This document shows, in pieces, positions 46,499 through 55,800 of a stretch of 64,000 nucleotides of DNA. The stretch comes from Novosphingobium sp. 32-60-15. Lineage in GTDB: Bacteria; Pseudomonadota; Alphaproteobacteria; Sphingomonadales; Sphingomonadaceae. The stretch is taken from contig NZ_NCEN01000021.1 in assembly GCF_002280675.1 (NCBI RefSeq), forward strand, positions 73,299 through 137,298. Direction: 5' to 3'. Position numbers and translations under genes: made by a program. The notes beneath the pieces were generated by a model, which was not told where the DNA came from, made no database searches, and worked only from the letters and a program-made list of their open reading frames with translations. How positions within the stretch are numbered: the stretch's first letter is position 1; each line of letters starts with the position of its first letter.

Positions 46499-46983
46499 AG
46501 AAAACCCTTACCCTCCGCCCCGCCAGTGAGCGGGAAGACGCGCCCAAGCTTCAGCGCAAGGGGCGCGGCTGGAACATTGCGGAATCGCGGCTCGATGCGA
46601 TTCACGAACTGGCCCGTGAACGCAAACGTAACCCCACGCCTGCCCAAGTGGCGCTGGCTGATGAACTGGCGAAGGAAGATCTGGGCCAGTACAAGCCCAA
46701 AAGCTTCACCGTCATCGGCTCGGCCATCGCCAACTTCGCCTGTCTGCCGCTGAAGCTGGTCGTGCTGATCGATGAAGGCGATGTTCCCGCCGAAATCGAA
46801 CACCGCCGCGACAAGAGCCTGACCGAAGTCGGCATCAAAGTGGTGCGCTATACCGCCGAGGAAGTGCTCGCCGATCCCGAAGGCGTCTCGCGCGACACAG
46901 TTGCCGCGATGAAAGCCCGCTACGAAGAACTGCGCGCCAATTCGCGCCCTGCCAACCGCTCCTACGGTGCGCCACGGCGCTAA
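46495..46983 (+). CDS. DUF559/Vsr-like endonuclease-fold protein, active site apparently degenerate
   Basis: [19 protein letters not shown]; [10 protein letters not shown]...LVVLIDE; [21 protein letters not shown] pattern of DUF559. Confidence 0.8.
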   Translation: MKKTLTLRPASEREDAPKLQRKGRGWNIAESRLDAIHELARERKRNPTPAQVALADELAKEDLGQYKPKSFTVIGSAIANFACLPLKLVVLIDEGDVPAEIEHRRDKSLTEVGIKVVRYTAEEVLADPEGVSRDTVAAMKARYEELRANSRPANRSYGAPRR

Positions 46984-46995
46984 GCGAGAAAACCC

Positions 46996-47739
46996 ATGCT
47001 CAACATTGAAAACCTCTCCGCCACCATCGCTGACAAGCAGATCCTCAAGGGACTGTCGCTCACCATCAATCCGGGCGAAATCCATGCGATCATGGGGCCG
47101 AACGGTGCGGGCAAATCGACGCTGGGCTATACGTTGGGCGGACGGCCTGGCTATGAAGTGACCGGCGGCACAGTCAGCTTTGCAGGCGAAGACCTGTTCG
47201 CGCTTGAACCGCATGAGCGAGCGGCGGCGGGCCTGTTCCTTGGCTTCCAGTATCCGGTTGAAATCCCGGGCGTTTCCTTCGTGCAATTCCTGCGTGAAGC
47301 CGCGAATGCCCAGCGCAAGGTGCGCGGGGAAGCACCGCTTTCGGGCGGGGAGTTCCTCAAGCTCGCCAAGGAAAAGGCAGGGCTTTTGCGCATGGACATG
47401 GACATGCTCAAGCGTCCGGTAAACGTCGGCTTTTCGGGCGGTGAAAAGAAGCGCGCCGAGATGGTGCAGATGGGCATCCTTGATCCCAAGCTGGCAATCT
47501 TGGATGAAACCGATTCAGGCCTTGATATCGATGCGCTGCGCATTTGCGGCGAAGGCATCAACGCGATCATGCGCAAGCCCGACAAGGCCGTGCTGCTGAT
47601 CACGCACTACCAGCGCCTGCTCGATTACGTGAAGCCCGATTTCGTCCACGTGCTTGCCGGTGGCCGCATCGTCCGCACTGGCGGCCCCGAACTGGCGCTT
47701 GAACTCGAAGAGCAAGGCTACGAGGCGGTAGCGGCGTGA
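46996..47739 (+). CDS. sufC: Fe-S cluster assembly ATPase SufC
   Basis: GPNGAGKST, FQYPVEIPGV, GFSGGEKKR, LDETDSGLD. Confidence 0.98.
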   Translation: MLNIENLSATIADKQILKGLSLTINPGEIHAIMGPNGAGKSTLGYTLGGRPGYEVTGGTVSFAGEDLFALEPHERAAAGLFLGFQYPVEIPGVSFVQFLREAANAQRKVRGEAPLSGGEFLKLAKEKAGLLRMDMDMLKRPVNVGFSGGEKKRAEMVQMGILDPKLAILDETDSGLDIDALRICGEGINAIMRKPDKAVLLITHYQRLLDYVKPDFVHVLAGGRIVRTGGPELALELEEQGYEAVAA

Positions 47740-48473
47740 GCGATACGCTGACCCTGCCCACCCGCCGGGACGAGGCGTTCCGCTATGCGGACCTGGCCGC
47801 CCTTGCGCCGCTGTGGCCGCTGGCAACGCAGGAAATTCGCGTTAGCGCGGGCGAAGAAGGTGCGCTTGCATTGGTGCTTGATGGCACCAGTGCCGATGCG
47901 CGTGAACTTTCCATCGTGCTGGAAGACGGCGCTTCGTTCGATCTGCGCGTGCTGAACGCCGGTTCTGCCTATGGCCGCATCGCGGTGTCGGTAACGCTCG
48001 GCAAAGCGGCAAAGTTCCACCTTGGCGCGGCGCAGATCGCGGGCGGCGATCAGACCGCCGAGATCGTCACGCAAGTCACGCATGCCGAACCTGATGCGGT
48101 ATCTACGCAAATCGTGCGCTCAGTGCTGGCGGGCCACGCCACCGGCACGTACCTTGGCAAAGTGGCCGTGGCGCGCGGGGCCATTGGCACAGACGGTTCG
48201 CAATCAATCCGCGCCATGCTGCTGGACCGGACTGCCACTGCAAATGCGCGGCCCGAGCTGGAAATCTATGCCGACGATGTGAAATGCGCGCATGGCTGTG
48301 CCGTGGGCGAACTCGATCCGCAAAGCCTGTTCTACCTCGCCCAGCGCGGGCTGCCGCCAGCGCAGGCCAAGAAGCTGATGTTGCAGGCCTTCATCGCCGA
48401 AGCCTTTGTCGGCGCTGCCGATGAAGAGACGCTGACTCAAGCCGCGCTCGATGCGCTGGAGGCGATCCTGTGA
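47736..48473 (+). CDS. sufD: Fe-S cluster assembly protein SufD (short form)
   Basis: PTRRDEAFRY, PELEIYADDVKCAHG, FYLAQRG. Confidence 0.93.
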   Translation: MSDTLTLPTRRDEAFRYADLAALAPLWPLATQEIRVSAGEEGALALVLDGTSADARELSIVLEDGASFDLRVLNAGSAYGRIAVSVTLGKAAKFHLGAAQIAGGDQTAEIVTQVTHAEPDAVSTQIVRSVLAGHATGTYLGKVAVARGAIGTDGSQSIRAMLLDRTATANARPELEIYADDVKCAHGCAVGELDPQSLFYLAQRGLPPAQAKKLMLQAFIAEAFVGAADEETLTQAALDALEAIL

Positions 48474-49681
48474 GCACCGCCACGCTCACCCGCGATGCCA
48501 TCTGGCCCGGCCTGATCAATCCTGACGGCAGCCGCTGGCATTACCTCGATACCGCCGCCACCGCGCAAAAGCCGCAAGCCGTTATCGATGCGATGATGCG
48601 CGCCTTGGGCAGCGATTACGCCACGGTCCATCGCGGCGTCTATGCGCGCTCGGCCGATATGACGCTGGCCTTCGAAGCCGCGCGCCGCAAGGTGGCCGCG
48701 CTGATCGGTGCGCAGGAAAGCGAACTCGTGTTCACACGCGGCGCGACCGAGGCGATCAACCTTGTTGCGCAGACATGGGGCGTGGCCAATCTCAAGGCTG
48801 GTGACCGCATCCTGCTCTCGCAGCTTGAGCATCATTCCAACATCGTGCCCTGGCAATTGCTGCGCGACCGGACCGGCGTTGAAATTGACGTCTGTCCGAT
48901 CACGGAAGACGGCCAGATCGATCTTGCCGCCGCTGAACGGATGTTGACGCCCGCGCACAAACTGGTGTCGTTCGCGCATGTTTCGAACGTGCTGGGCTCC
49001 GTGCTTCACGTGGAACATGCAGTGAAGCTGGCGCGTAATGTCGGCGCGAAAATCCTGCTCGATGGCTGCCAGTCGGTCGCGCGGATCGCGGTGGATGTCC
49101 ATGCGATTGATGCCGATTTCTATGTGTTTTCAGCGCACAAGCTCTATGGCCCCACCGGCATCGGCGCGCTCTGGGCGAAACCCGAAATCCTTGACGCCAT
49201 GCCGCCATGGCAGGGCGGCGGCGCGATGATTGATCGCGTAACCTTTGAAAAGACGACATATGCCCCCGCGCCCCAGCGTTTCGAGGCCGGAACGCCCGCA
49301 ATCGTCGAAGCCATCGGTTTTGGCGCGGCGGCAGATTACGTCACCGGCGTCGGCCTCGATGTGATCCATGCCCATGAAACCGCGCTGGTGGCCAAGGCGC
49401 GTGAGGCTTTGCAGGCGATGAACGCGATCCGCCTGTTCGGGCCGGACGACAGCGCCGGGATCGTCAGCTTTGCGATGGAGGGGGTACACCCCCATGATCT
49501 GGGCACGATCCTTGACGAGGAAGGCGTGGCAATCCGCGCCGGGCACCATTGCGCGCAGCCCTTGATGGATCACCTTGGCGTTCCCGCCACGGCCCGCGCC
49601 AGTTTTGGCATTTATAGCGATGAAAGCGATATCGCCGCATTGGTGCGCGGTATCGAAAGGACCAAGAGGATTTTCGGATGA
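48470..49681 (+). CDS. sufS: SufS-type cysteine desulfurase
   Basis: YLDTAATAQKP, EHHSNIVPW, SAHKLYGP, RAGHHCA. Confidence 0.96.
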   Translation: MSTATLTRDAIWPGLINPDGSRWHYLDTAATAQKPQAVIDAMMRALGSDYATVHRGVYARSADMTLAFEAARRKVAALIGAQESELVFTRGATEAINLVAQTWGVANLKAGDRILLSQLEHHSNIVPWQLLRDRTGVEIDVCPITEDGQIDLAAAERMLTPAHKLVSFAHVSNVLGSVLHVEHAVKLARNVGAKILLDGCQSVARIAVDVHAIDADFYVFSAHKLYGPTGIGALWAKPEILDAMPPWQGGGAMIDRVTFEKTTYAPAPQRFEAGTPAIVEAIGFGAAADYVTGVGLDVIHAHETALVAKAREALQAMNAIRLFGPDDSAGIVSFAMEGVHPHDLGTILDEEGVAIRAGHHCAQPLMDHLGVPATARASFGIYSDESDIAALVRGIERTKRIFG

Positions 49682-50166
49682 GCGTAGAGGATCCCAAATT
49701 CGCCGTCGAAGAGGTAGAAGCCGTCAGCATGCCGCGCCGTGCGCGCGTGGACGACATTCCCGAACCTGTGGAAACGCCCGCTGAAAAGCTGGATCGCAAG
49801 CGCGATTACCTCGAAGGCTTCCTTGCGGCCAAGCCCGAAGGCGTTGCGCCCAGTGAACCCGGTGGGGACATCTACGAAGGCGTGATCAGCGCGCTGAAGG
49901 AGATTTTCGATCCGGAAATCCCGGTCAACATCTACGACCTTGGCCTGATTTATGGCGTCGAAGTTGATGATGAAGCGCACGTAATCGTCAATATGACGCT
50001 GACCACGCCGCATTGCCCGGTGGCCGAATCAATGCCCGCCGAAGTGGAACTGCGCGTCTGTGCGGTGCCCGGCGTGCGCGATGCCGAGGTCAATCTGGTG
50101 TGGGACCCCGCATGGGACCCGCAGAAGATGAGCGATGAAGCCAAGCTAGAGCTTGGGATGTTGTAA
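49678..50166 (+). CDS. SufT/DUF59 Fe-S assembly protein
   Basis: DPEIPVNIYDLGL, TLTTPHCP, WDPAWDP. Confidence 0.93.
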   Translation: MSVEDPKFAVEEVEAVSMPRRARVDDIPEPVETPAEKLDRKRDYLEGFLAAKPEGVAPSEPGGDIYEGVISALKEIFDPEIPVNIYDLGLIYGVEVDDEAHVIVNMTLTTPHCPVAESMPAEVELRVCAVPGVRDAEVNLVWDPAWDPQKMSDEAKLELGML

Positions 50167-50170
50167 AAGC

Positions 50171-50306
50171 TCCCCTCCCGGCCTGAATCGGATTTTGGCG
50201 GGAGGGGTTGGGGGTGGGCAGAGGCCAAGCGCATCCCTATGTTAGCCAAAGCAAGGCCCACCCCCGTCCCCTCCCGCCCACATTTGTTTTGGCTTGGGAG
50301 GGGGGA
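50171..50306. repeat. Pair of inverted type-B REP-like elements
   Basis: The reverse complement of 50171-50219 (GCCCACCCCCAACCCCTCCCGCC...GGGAGGGGA) closely matches 50256-50306. Confidence 0.85.
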
Positions 50307-50315
50307 GATAGTGCG

Positions 50316-50678
50316 ATGACCGAAGTTAGCACCAAGACCCGCCAGCGCCCCGCCGCTGTCATTCTCACGCCTTCTGCCGAGGCGCGGATTGCGCATTTGA
50401 TGGAAACCGCTCCCGCAGGCGCGATTGGCGTAAAGCTGTCCACCCCGCGCCGGGGCTGTTCGGGCCTTGCCTATTCGGTTGATTACGTGACGCAAGCAAA
50501 CCCGATGGACGAGCGGATCGAGACGCCCGGCGGCTTGTTCTTCATCGACGGCGGATCGGTGCTGTACCTGATCGGCAGCACGATGGAGTGGCAGGAAGAC
50601 GATTTTACCGCAGGCTTCGTGTTCCAGAACCCCAACGCCAAGGGCAGTTGCGGCTGCGGTGAAAGCTTTACGGTTTAG
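50316..50678 (+). CDS. sufA: A-type Fe-S carrier (HesB/IscA/SufA family)
   Basis: GCSGLAY, FQNPNAKGSCGCGESF; ATG at 50316 (the ORF-track extension is repeat DNA). Confidence 0.93.
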   Translation: MTEVSTKTRQRPAAVILTPSAEARIAHLMETAPAGAIGVKLSTPRRGCSGLAYSVDYVTQANPMDERIETPGGLFFIDGGSVLYLIGSTMEWQEDDFTAGFVFQNPNAKGSCGCGESFTV

Positions 50679-51616
50679 CCTTGTTGCAGGAAGCGCAGCA
50701 GCGCTTCTTCCAGCACGTCAACCTTGTCATCGGCGTCAATCCGGGCGTTCAGCCATAGATTTTCTGCATCGGTTACCGCGTTTTCGCGCGCAGCCTCGCC
50801 CGCAATGTCGCGTTCGGGTTGGCGGCGGCCAAAGCCCACAGCCCGCACCGCCTGGGTAAAGCCTCTGGCATCAGTCGTGGCCATCCGCCCGAAGAACCGG
50901 CCAAGATGGCTCGACCGGTCGTTCATGAATGCCTCAAGCTCGCCCGCTCGCTCACGGGTCAGCCCCTTGGCACTCTGCCAGCCCTGCAGATAATTGCCGA
51001 CGCCCTGCACAAACAGGCGCTCCCATTCGGGCGCGTTGTCGGCGTCCAGCGTGGCGTCCTTGATGCGGAACAGTATTTCCGCCTCGCGCTGGCTGACGGC
51101 GGCGGGCCGATCGCCGCCCGCGGCAAAGATGGTGCGGCGGATCAAGGCGCATTCCGCCGCGTTGATGCTGCCCGGATCAAGCGCGCCTCCGCTGCGGGTC
51201 GGGCCTTCGCCGGTCAATACCGCCTGTTCCAGCAGGTCGAGCGCGAACTGGCGCAAGCTATCAGGCGTTGATTGCGCCTTTTCCAGCACGCGCACGACCA
51301 GTTCCAGTTCGGTGAGGCTGCTTACTTTGCCGTCATGCTTCACACGCTCGACAAGCCAGGCGGCGTTTTCATCCGAAACATAGCCGCGCGGCTCGGTCGT
51401 ATTGACGATGAATTCGACCAGCGCCTCGACAAAGAAGTCGCTCCATTCCGCCGTTGGCGTGGCGATCTGGTCATTCAGGATGAAGATCGCCTCGGCTTCT
51501 TCAGGATCAATCCTGCCATCGGGCCACGCCGCACGGCGCAGCGCAAGGATTTCCTCCGCTGAAATGGCACTGTCTTCAGCGGCTTGCGCAGCGATGGCGC
51601 GGAAATGCAGGGTCAT
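50675..51616 (-). CDS. Hypothetical all-helical protein with repeated DG-x-I/V-x-x-x-E modules (TerB/EF-hand-like)
   Basis: DSAISAEE, DGRIDPEE, DGKVSSLTE, PAAVSQRE, DDKVDVLE recurring. Confidence 0.65.
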   Translation of the reverse strand: MTLHFRAIAAQAAEDSAISAEEILALRRAAWPDGRIDPEEAEAIFILNDQIATPTAEWSDFFVEALVEFIVNTTEPRGYVSDENAAWLVERVKHDGKVSSLTELELVVRVLEKAQSTPDSLRQFALDLLEQAVLTGEGPTRSGGALDPGSINAAECALIRRTIFAAGGDRPAAVSQREAEILFRIKDATLDADNAPEWERLFVQGVGNYLQGWQSAKGLTRERAGELEAFMNDRSSHLGRFFGRMATTDARGFTQAVRAVGFGRRQPERDIAGEAARENAVTDAENLWLNARIDADDKVDVLEEALLRFLQQG

Positions 51617-51666
51617 CAGGTCAAGTCCCTCGGGCGTGCTTGCCAAAGGGACTTACGCGACAGCGC

Positions 51667-51681
51667 TTAATTTGGCGTTAT
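51667..51681. promoter_or_regulatory. CtrA-like box
   Basis: TTAA-TTTGGCG-TTAT, about 50 bp upstream of the 51616 start. Confidence 0.35.
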
Positions 51682-51805
51682 CAGGTGCCGATGCTTCGAA
51701 TGGCTCGGGAGGGGCGGGATTGGTGTGGGTAGCCACCCCCTCCGCAAACGCTATCCCTGCTTCGTCACCATGCCTATTCCGTCACCCTGAAACAAGTTGG
51801 CGCCC

Positions 51806-51926
51806 ATCTTCTTCGGCAACGTAAATCCCGGATCCCGTCATGCTGAACTTGTTTCAGCATCCATTCCTCCCCACAAACCGCAGTGCGCCTTGATAGATGG
51901 ATCCTGAAACAAGTTCAGGATGACGA
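51806..51926. repeat. CGTC-type REP-like element (type C), copy 2, within a composite repeat cluster
   Basis: Same orientation and same flank as 39240-39359. A partial arm (CCGTCACCCTGAAACAAGTT) lies at about 51779-51798 and a half element of another type (CCGCTCACGCAGAGCCTGTCGAAG) at about 51956-51979. Confidence 0.92.
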
Positions 51927-51993
51927 TAGTGCAAGAACTGTGTCGTAATCAGACTCCGCTCACGCAGAGCCTGTCGAAGCACCCACACGAACC

Positions 51994-53985
51994 TCAGCGC
52001 AAATCGGGCGCAGTCGCCTCTGCCACCAACAACGCGATGGCCTCGTCCAGCGGCATCACCTTCTGGTGCTGTTCGCCCAGAATGCGGATCGCCACGGTGC
52101 CTTCTTCGGCCTCGCGCTTGCCCACCACCAGCAGGTACGGGACTTTCGCCACCGAATGTTCGCGCACCTTGTAATTGATCTTTTCGTTGCGCAGGTCGCT
52201 TTCGGTGCGGATGCCCGCAGCCTTCAGCTTGGCCAGCACTTCGGTGGCATAGTCGTCCGCTTCTGAAACGATGGTGGCCACCACGGCCTGCACCGGTGCC
52301 AGCCAGACCGGCAGGCGGCCTGCAAAATGCTCGATCAGAATGCCGATGAAGCGTTCGTACGAACCGAAGATCGCGCGGTGCAGCATGACCGGGCGATGCT
52401 TGTCGCCATCTTCGCCAACATACGTCGCATCAAGCCGTTCGGGCAGGACGCGGTCGGACTGGATCGTGCCGACTTGCCATGTGCGGCCAATCGCATCGGT
52501 CAGGTGCCATTCCAGCTTGGGCGCATAGAACGCGCCTTCGCCCGGCAATTCTTCCCAGCCATATTGTTCGGTGGCAAGCCCTGCGCGGACCACGGCGGCG
52601 CGCAGCTCGCTTTCGGCCATGTCCCACATTTCTTCGGTGCCAAAGCGCTTTTCGGGGCGCAGCGCCAGCTTGATCGAATAGGTAAAGCCGAAGTGCTTGT
52701 AGATGCGGTCGGCCAGTTCGCAGAACGCCTGCACTTCATCCACGATCTGGTCTTCGCGGCAGAAGATGTGCGCATCGTCCTGCGTGAACTGGCGCACGCG
52801 CATCAGTCCGTGCAGCGCGCCGTGCGGTTCGTTGCGGTGGCAGCAGCCGTTTTCATACAGACGCAGCGGCAGGTCGCGGTAGGATTTCAGGCCCTGCCGG
52901 AAGATCAGGACGTGCGCGGGGCAGTTCATCGGCTTCAGGGCCATCCAGTCGGCCTCGCCGCTGATCACTGGACCTTCGTCATCCACGTTGGGCACTTCGT
53001 CGGGGATGACGAACATGTTTTCGCGATATTTGCCCCAGTGGCCCGATTGCTCCCACTGGCGCGCGTCCATCACTTGCGGGGTTTTCACCTCGCGATAGCC
53101 CGCGCCATCGATCGCGCGGCGCATATAGGCTTCCAGCTCGCGCCAGATCATGTAGCCCTTGGGATGCCAGAACACGCTGCCGTGCGCTTCGGCCTGAAGG
53201 TGGAACAGGTCCATTTCGTTGCCCAGCTTGCGGTGATCGCGCTTGGCGGCCTCTTCCAGCCGCGTCATGTGGGCATCAAGCTGCTTCTTGTTGAGCCAGC
53301 CGGTCCCGTAAATGCGGCTCAGCATCGCGTTGTTCTGGTCGCCGCGCCAATAGGCCCCCGAAACGCGCGTCAGCTTGAACGCGGTCGGGTCCAGCTTGCC
53401 GGTCGATGGCAAGTGTGGCCCACGGCACATATCCAGCCAGTCATCGCCTGACCAATACACCGTCAGCGGTTCATCGCCGGGAAGCTCTGCAGCCCATTCA
53501 GCCTTGAAGCTCTCGCCCTGTTGCTTCCACCGGCTGATAAGCTGTTCGCGGCTCCATTCCTCGCGGCGCAGCGGCTTGTTTGCCCCGATGATCTTGCGCA
53601 TCTGCGCCTCGATCGCGGGCAGGTCCTCATCGGTAAACGGGCGTTCGGCGGGCGCGAAATCGTAATAGAAGCCATCGTCGGTGCTGGGCCCGAACGTGAT
53701 CTGCGTGCCCGGAAACAGCGCCTGCACGGCCTCTGCCAGAATGTGCGCAAAGTCATGGCGCGCAAGGTCGAGCGCATCAGCCTCGTCCTTGGCCGTCACC
53801 AGCGCCAGTTGCGCATCGGCGGTAAAGGGGCGCGAAAGATCAACCAGTTCGCCATCCACCCGCGCCGCCAGCGCCGCTTTGGCAAGGCCGGGGCCAATGG
53901 CGGCGGCGATGTCCGCGGGGGTGCTGCCGGGCGCTACTTCGCGCACGGAACCATCGGGCAGGGTGATTTTCAGCAACTCGGACAT
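51994..53985 (-). CDS. thrS: Threonine--tRNA ligase
   Basis: TGS domain, DMCRGPH, KPMNCPAH, HRAIFGSYERF. Confidence 0.98.
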   Translation of the reverse strand: MSELLKITLPDGSVREVAPGSTPADIAAAIGPGLAKAALAARVDGELVDLSRPFTADAQLALVTAKDEADALDLARHDFAHILAEAVQALFPGTQITFGPSTDDGFYYDFAPAERPFTDEDLPAIEAQMRKIIGANKPLRREEWSREQLISRWKQQGESFKAEWAAELPGDEPLTVYWSGDDWLDMCRGPHLPSTGKLDPTAFKLTRVSGAYWRGDQNNAMLSRIYGTGWLNKKQLDAHMTRLEEAAKRDHRKLGNEMDLFHLQAEAHGSVFWHPKGYMIWRELEAYMRRAIDGAGYREVKTPQVMDARQWEQSGHWGKYRENMFVIPDEVPNVDDEGPVISGEADWMALKPMNCPAHVLIFRQGLKSYRDLPLRLYENGCCHRNEPHGALHGLMRVRQFTQDDAHIFCREDQIVDEVQAFCELADRIYKHFGFTYSIKLALRPEKRFGTEEMWDMAESELRAAVVRAGLATEQYGWEELPGEGAFYAPKLEWHLTDAIGRTWQVGTIQSDRVLPERLDATYVGEDGDKHRPVMLHRAIFGSYERFIGILIEHFAGRLPVWLAPVQAVVATIVSEADDYATEVLAKLKAAGIRTESDLRNEKINYKVREHSVAKVPYLLVVGKREAEEGTVAIRILGEQHQKVMPLDEAIALLVAEATAPDLR

Positions 53986-54127
53986 CGGGTTCTCTCAAGC
54001 CTTAAAGCGTTGATCCGCGCTTTGGCACAGGAGCGCCGCCGCCGCAATTGCTGCCCTGCCGATCCCTTTGCCGCGCGGCTGTCATGACGGGCTTGCCCGC
54101 GGCAAAGGTGCGGGCCATGATTGTGCC

Positions 54128-54871
54128 ATGACCGATCCCTCCCGCTTCACCCTGCCGACCGGCCAGCAGATGGCCTATCGTTACGCCGCAGGCCGTATGC
54201 CCGCCATCGTATTCCTGCCCGGCTACATGTCCGATATGAGCGGGAGCAAGGCGCAGGCCGTGCTGCAATGGGCCCAAGACCGGGGCCGCGCCTGCCTTCT
54301 GCTTGACTACACGGGCTGCGGGCAAAGCGATGGTGATTTCGCCGCTGGCAGCTTGTCGCAATGGCGGGACGAGGTCGTGGCGCTGGTCGATCACCTTGGG
54401 CTGGATGCTGTGCAGATAGTCGGATCGAGCATGGGCGGCTGGCTGATGCTGCTGGTGGCCGAAGCTTTGGGCATACGGGCAAAGGCGCTGGTCGGTATCG
54501 CACCCGCGCCCGATTTTACCGAATGGGGCTTTTCGCAAAGCCAACGGATCGCGCTTGCGGCGGGGCAGACGATTTTCGAGGACAATCCTTACGGGACCGA
54601 GCCTACCCCTACGCATGCGCTGTTCTGGTCCGATGGTGAACGCAACAAGCGGCTGAAGGCGGGCGTTGCATTCGATGGTCCGGTTCGGCTCTTGCACGGG
54701 CAGAACGATGCCGATGTGCCGTGGGATGTGTCGCTGCGGCTGGCCAGCGCGCTGCGTTCAGCCGATGTGCAGGTGCATCTGGTCAAGGACGGCGATCACC
54801 GGCTTTCGCGGGATAGCGACATTGCCCTGCTGCTGCGCGAGCTAGCCAATCTTGAAGCTTTGGCGCCTTGA
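54128..54871 (+). CDS. Alpha/beta-hydrolase
   Basis: FLPGYMSDM, GSSMGG nucleophile elbow, HGQNDADVP, GDHRLS. Confidence 0.9.
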   Translation: MTDPSRFTLPTGQQMAYRYAAGRMPAIVFLPGYMSDMSGSKAQAVLQWAQDRGRACLLLDYTGCGQSDGDFAAGSLSQWRDEVVALVDHLGLDAVQIVGSSMGGWLMLLVAEALGIRAKALVGIAPAPDFTEWGFSQSQRIALAAGQTIFEDNPYGTEPTPTHALFWSDGERNKRLKAGVAFDGPVRLLHGQNDADVPWDVSLRLASALRSADVQVHLVKDGDHRLSRDSDIALLLRELANLEALAP

Positions 54872-55800
54872 AGGATAAACCGATGATCGATCTTCCCGCG
54901 CCCCTCTATGCAACCGAGATGGCGCAAGAGGCTGGGCTGATGCAGATCGGCCCAATCCAGTCGCGCGGCGGGCAGCTTTCGCCCTTGCCCATTCCGCGCC
55001 GCCGCAAACAGGCCGAGGTCGAGGCAGAAGCGGGGATGGAGCGGCCTGATCTGCCCGATCAGGACCGGCTGACCGCCTGCATCGCCAAAGCTGCGCGTGA
55101 TCCGCAGGCCGCCTTGGTCGATGCGCGAAGTTGGGTTGCAGAAGGCCGTGATGCCGGACAAAATGTGCGCGCAAACCAGTGCCTTGGCCTGATCCTGTCC
55201 AACGCGGGCGATTTTGACGGCGCGCTGGCCGCCTTTGCGCAAGGCGTAGCGGGCATTCCAAAGCCGCAGGAAGTGGCAGCATTGCCGCTGATGGTGATGG
55301 CGGGCAATGCGGCACTGGCTGGCGGCAAGGCTGAAGATGCGCTCGGCTGGTTTGACCGTGCGCTGGCGGTGAAAGATTACACCGACAACGCCGCGCTGGG
55401 CGCGTTGCAGGCTGACCGTTCGCGCGCTCTGGTGGCGCTGGGGCGTTTGGCCGAGGCAGGCGGCGCGCTGGACGAGGTCCACCGGCTTGCGCCCGAAGAT
55501 GCCGAGGGCTGGCTGCTTTCGGCCACGCTGGCGCGGCGCAACAATGATCTGCCGCGCGCGCAACGCGACATCGAGATTGCCGCCAAGTACGCCCCGCGTG
55601 ATCCCCGGGTGGGTTTAGAAGCGGGCGTTATCGCGGTTCTGGATGGCCGGGAAGATGCCGCGCGCAAGTCCTGGGATTCGGTGCTGGCCGCCGATCCGGA
55701 CGGTGATGCGGGAAAGGTTGCAAAAGGCTACCTTGAACAGTTGGGGCCGGTTCCTACATCTGTGGTGTCCCCCGCAACAGAAAAGCCCGTTCGCCCATGA
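54868..55800 (+). CDS. TPR-repeat protein
   Basis: Serial TPR-like Ala-rich helix pairs; overlaps both neighbours by 4 nt. Confidence 0.75.
   Translation: MKDKPMIDLPAPLYATEMAQEAGLMQIGPIQSRGGQLSPLPIPRRRKQAEVEAEAGMERPDLPDQDRLTACIAKAARDPQAALVDARSWVAEGRDAGQNVRANQCLGLILSNAGDFDGALAAFAQGVAGIPKPQEVAALPLMVMAGNAALAGGKAEDALGWFDRALAVKDYTDNAALGALQADRSRALVALGRLAEAGGALDEVHRLAPEDAEGWLLSATLARRNNDLPRAQRDIEIAAKYAPRDPRVGLEAGVIAVLDGREDAARKSWDSVLAADPDGDAGKVAKGYLEQLGPVPTSVVSPATEKPVRP

Noticed and set aside
44565-50678. Absence of sufE from the suf operon
   Set aside because: Common in alphaproteobacteria, where sufE is usually located elsewhere.
54066-54107. 10-bp inverted repeat upstream of thrS as a T-box or attenuator
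   Set aside because: No T-box consensus, and T-boxes are not typical of this lineage; a short GC-rich palindrome is unremarkable.
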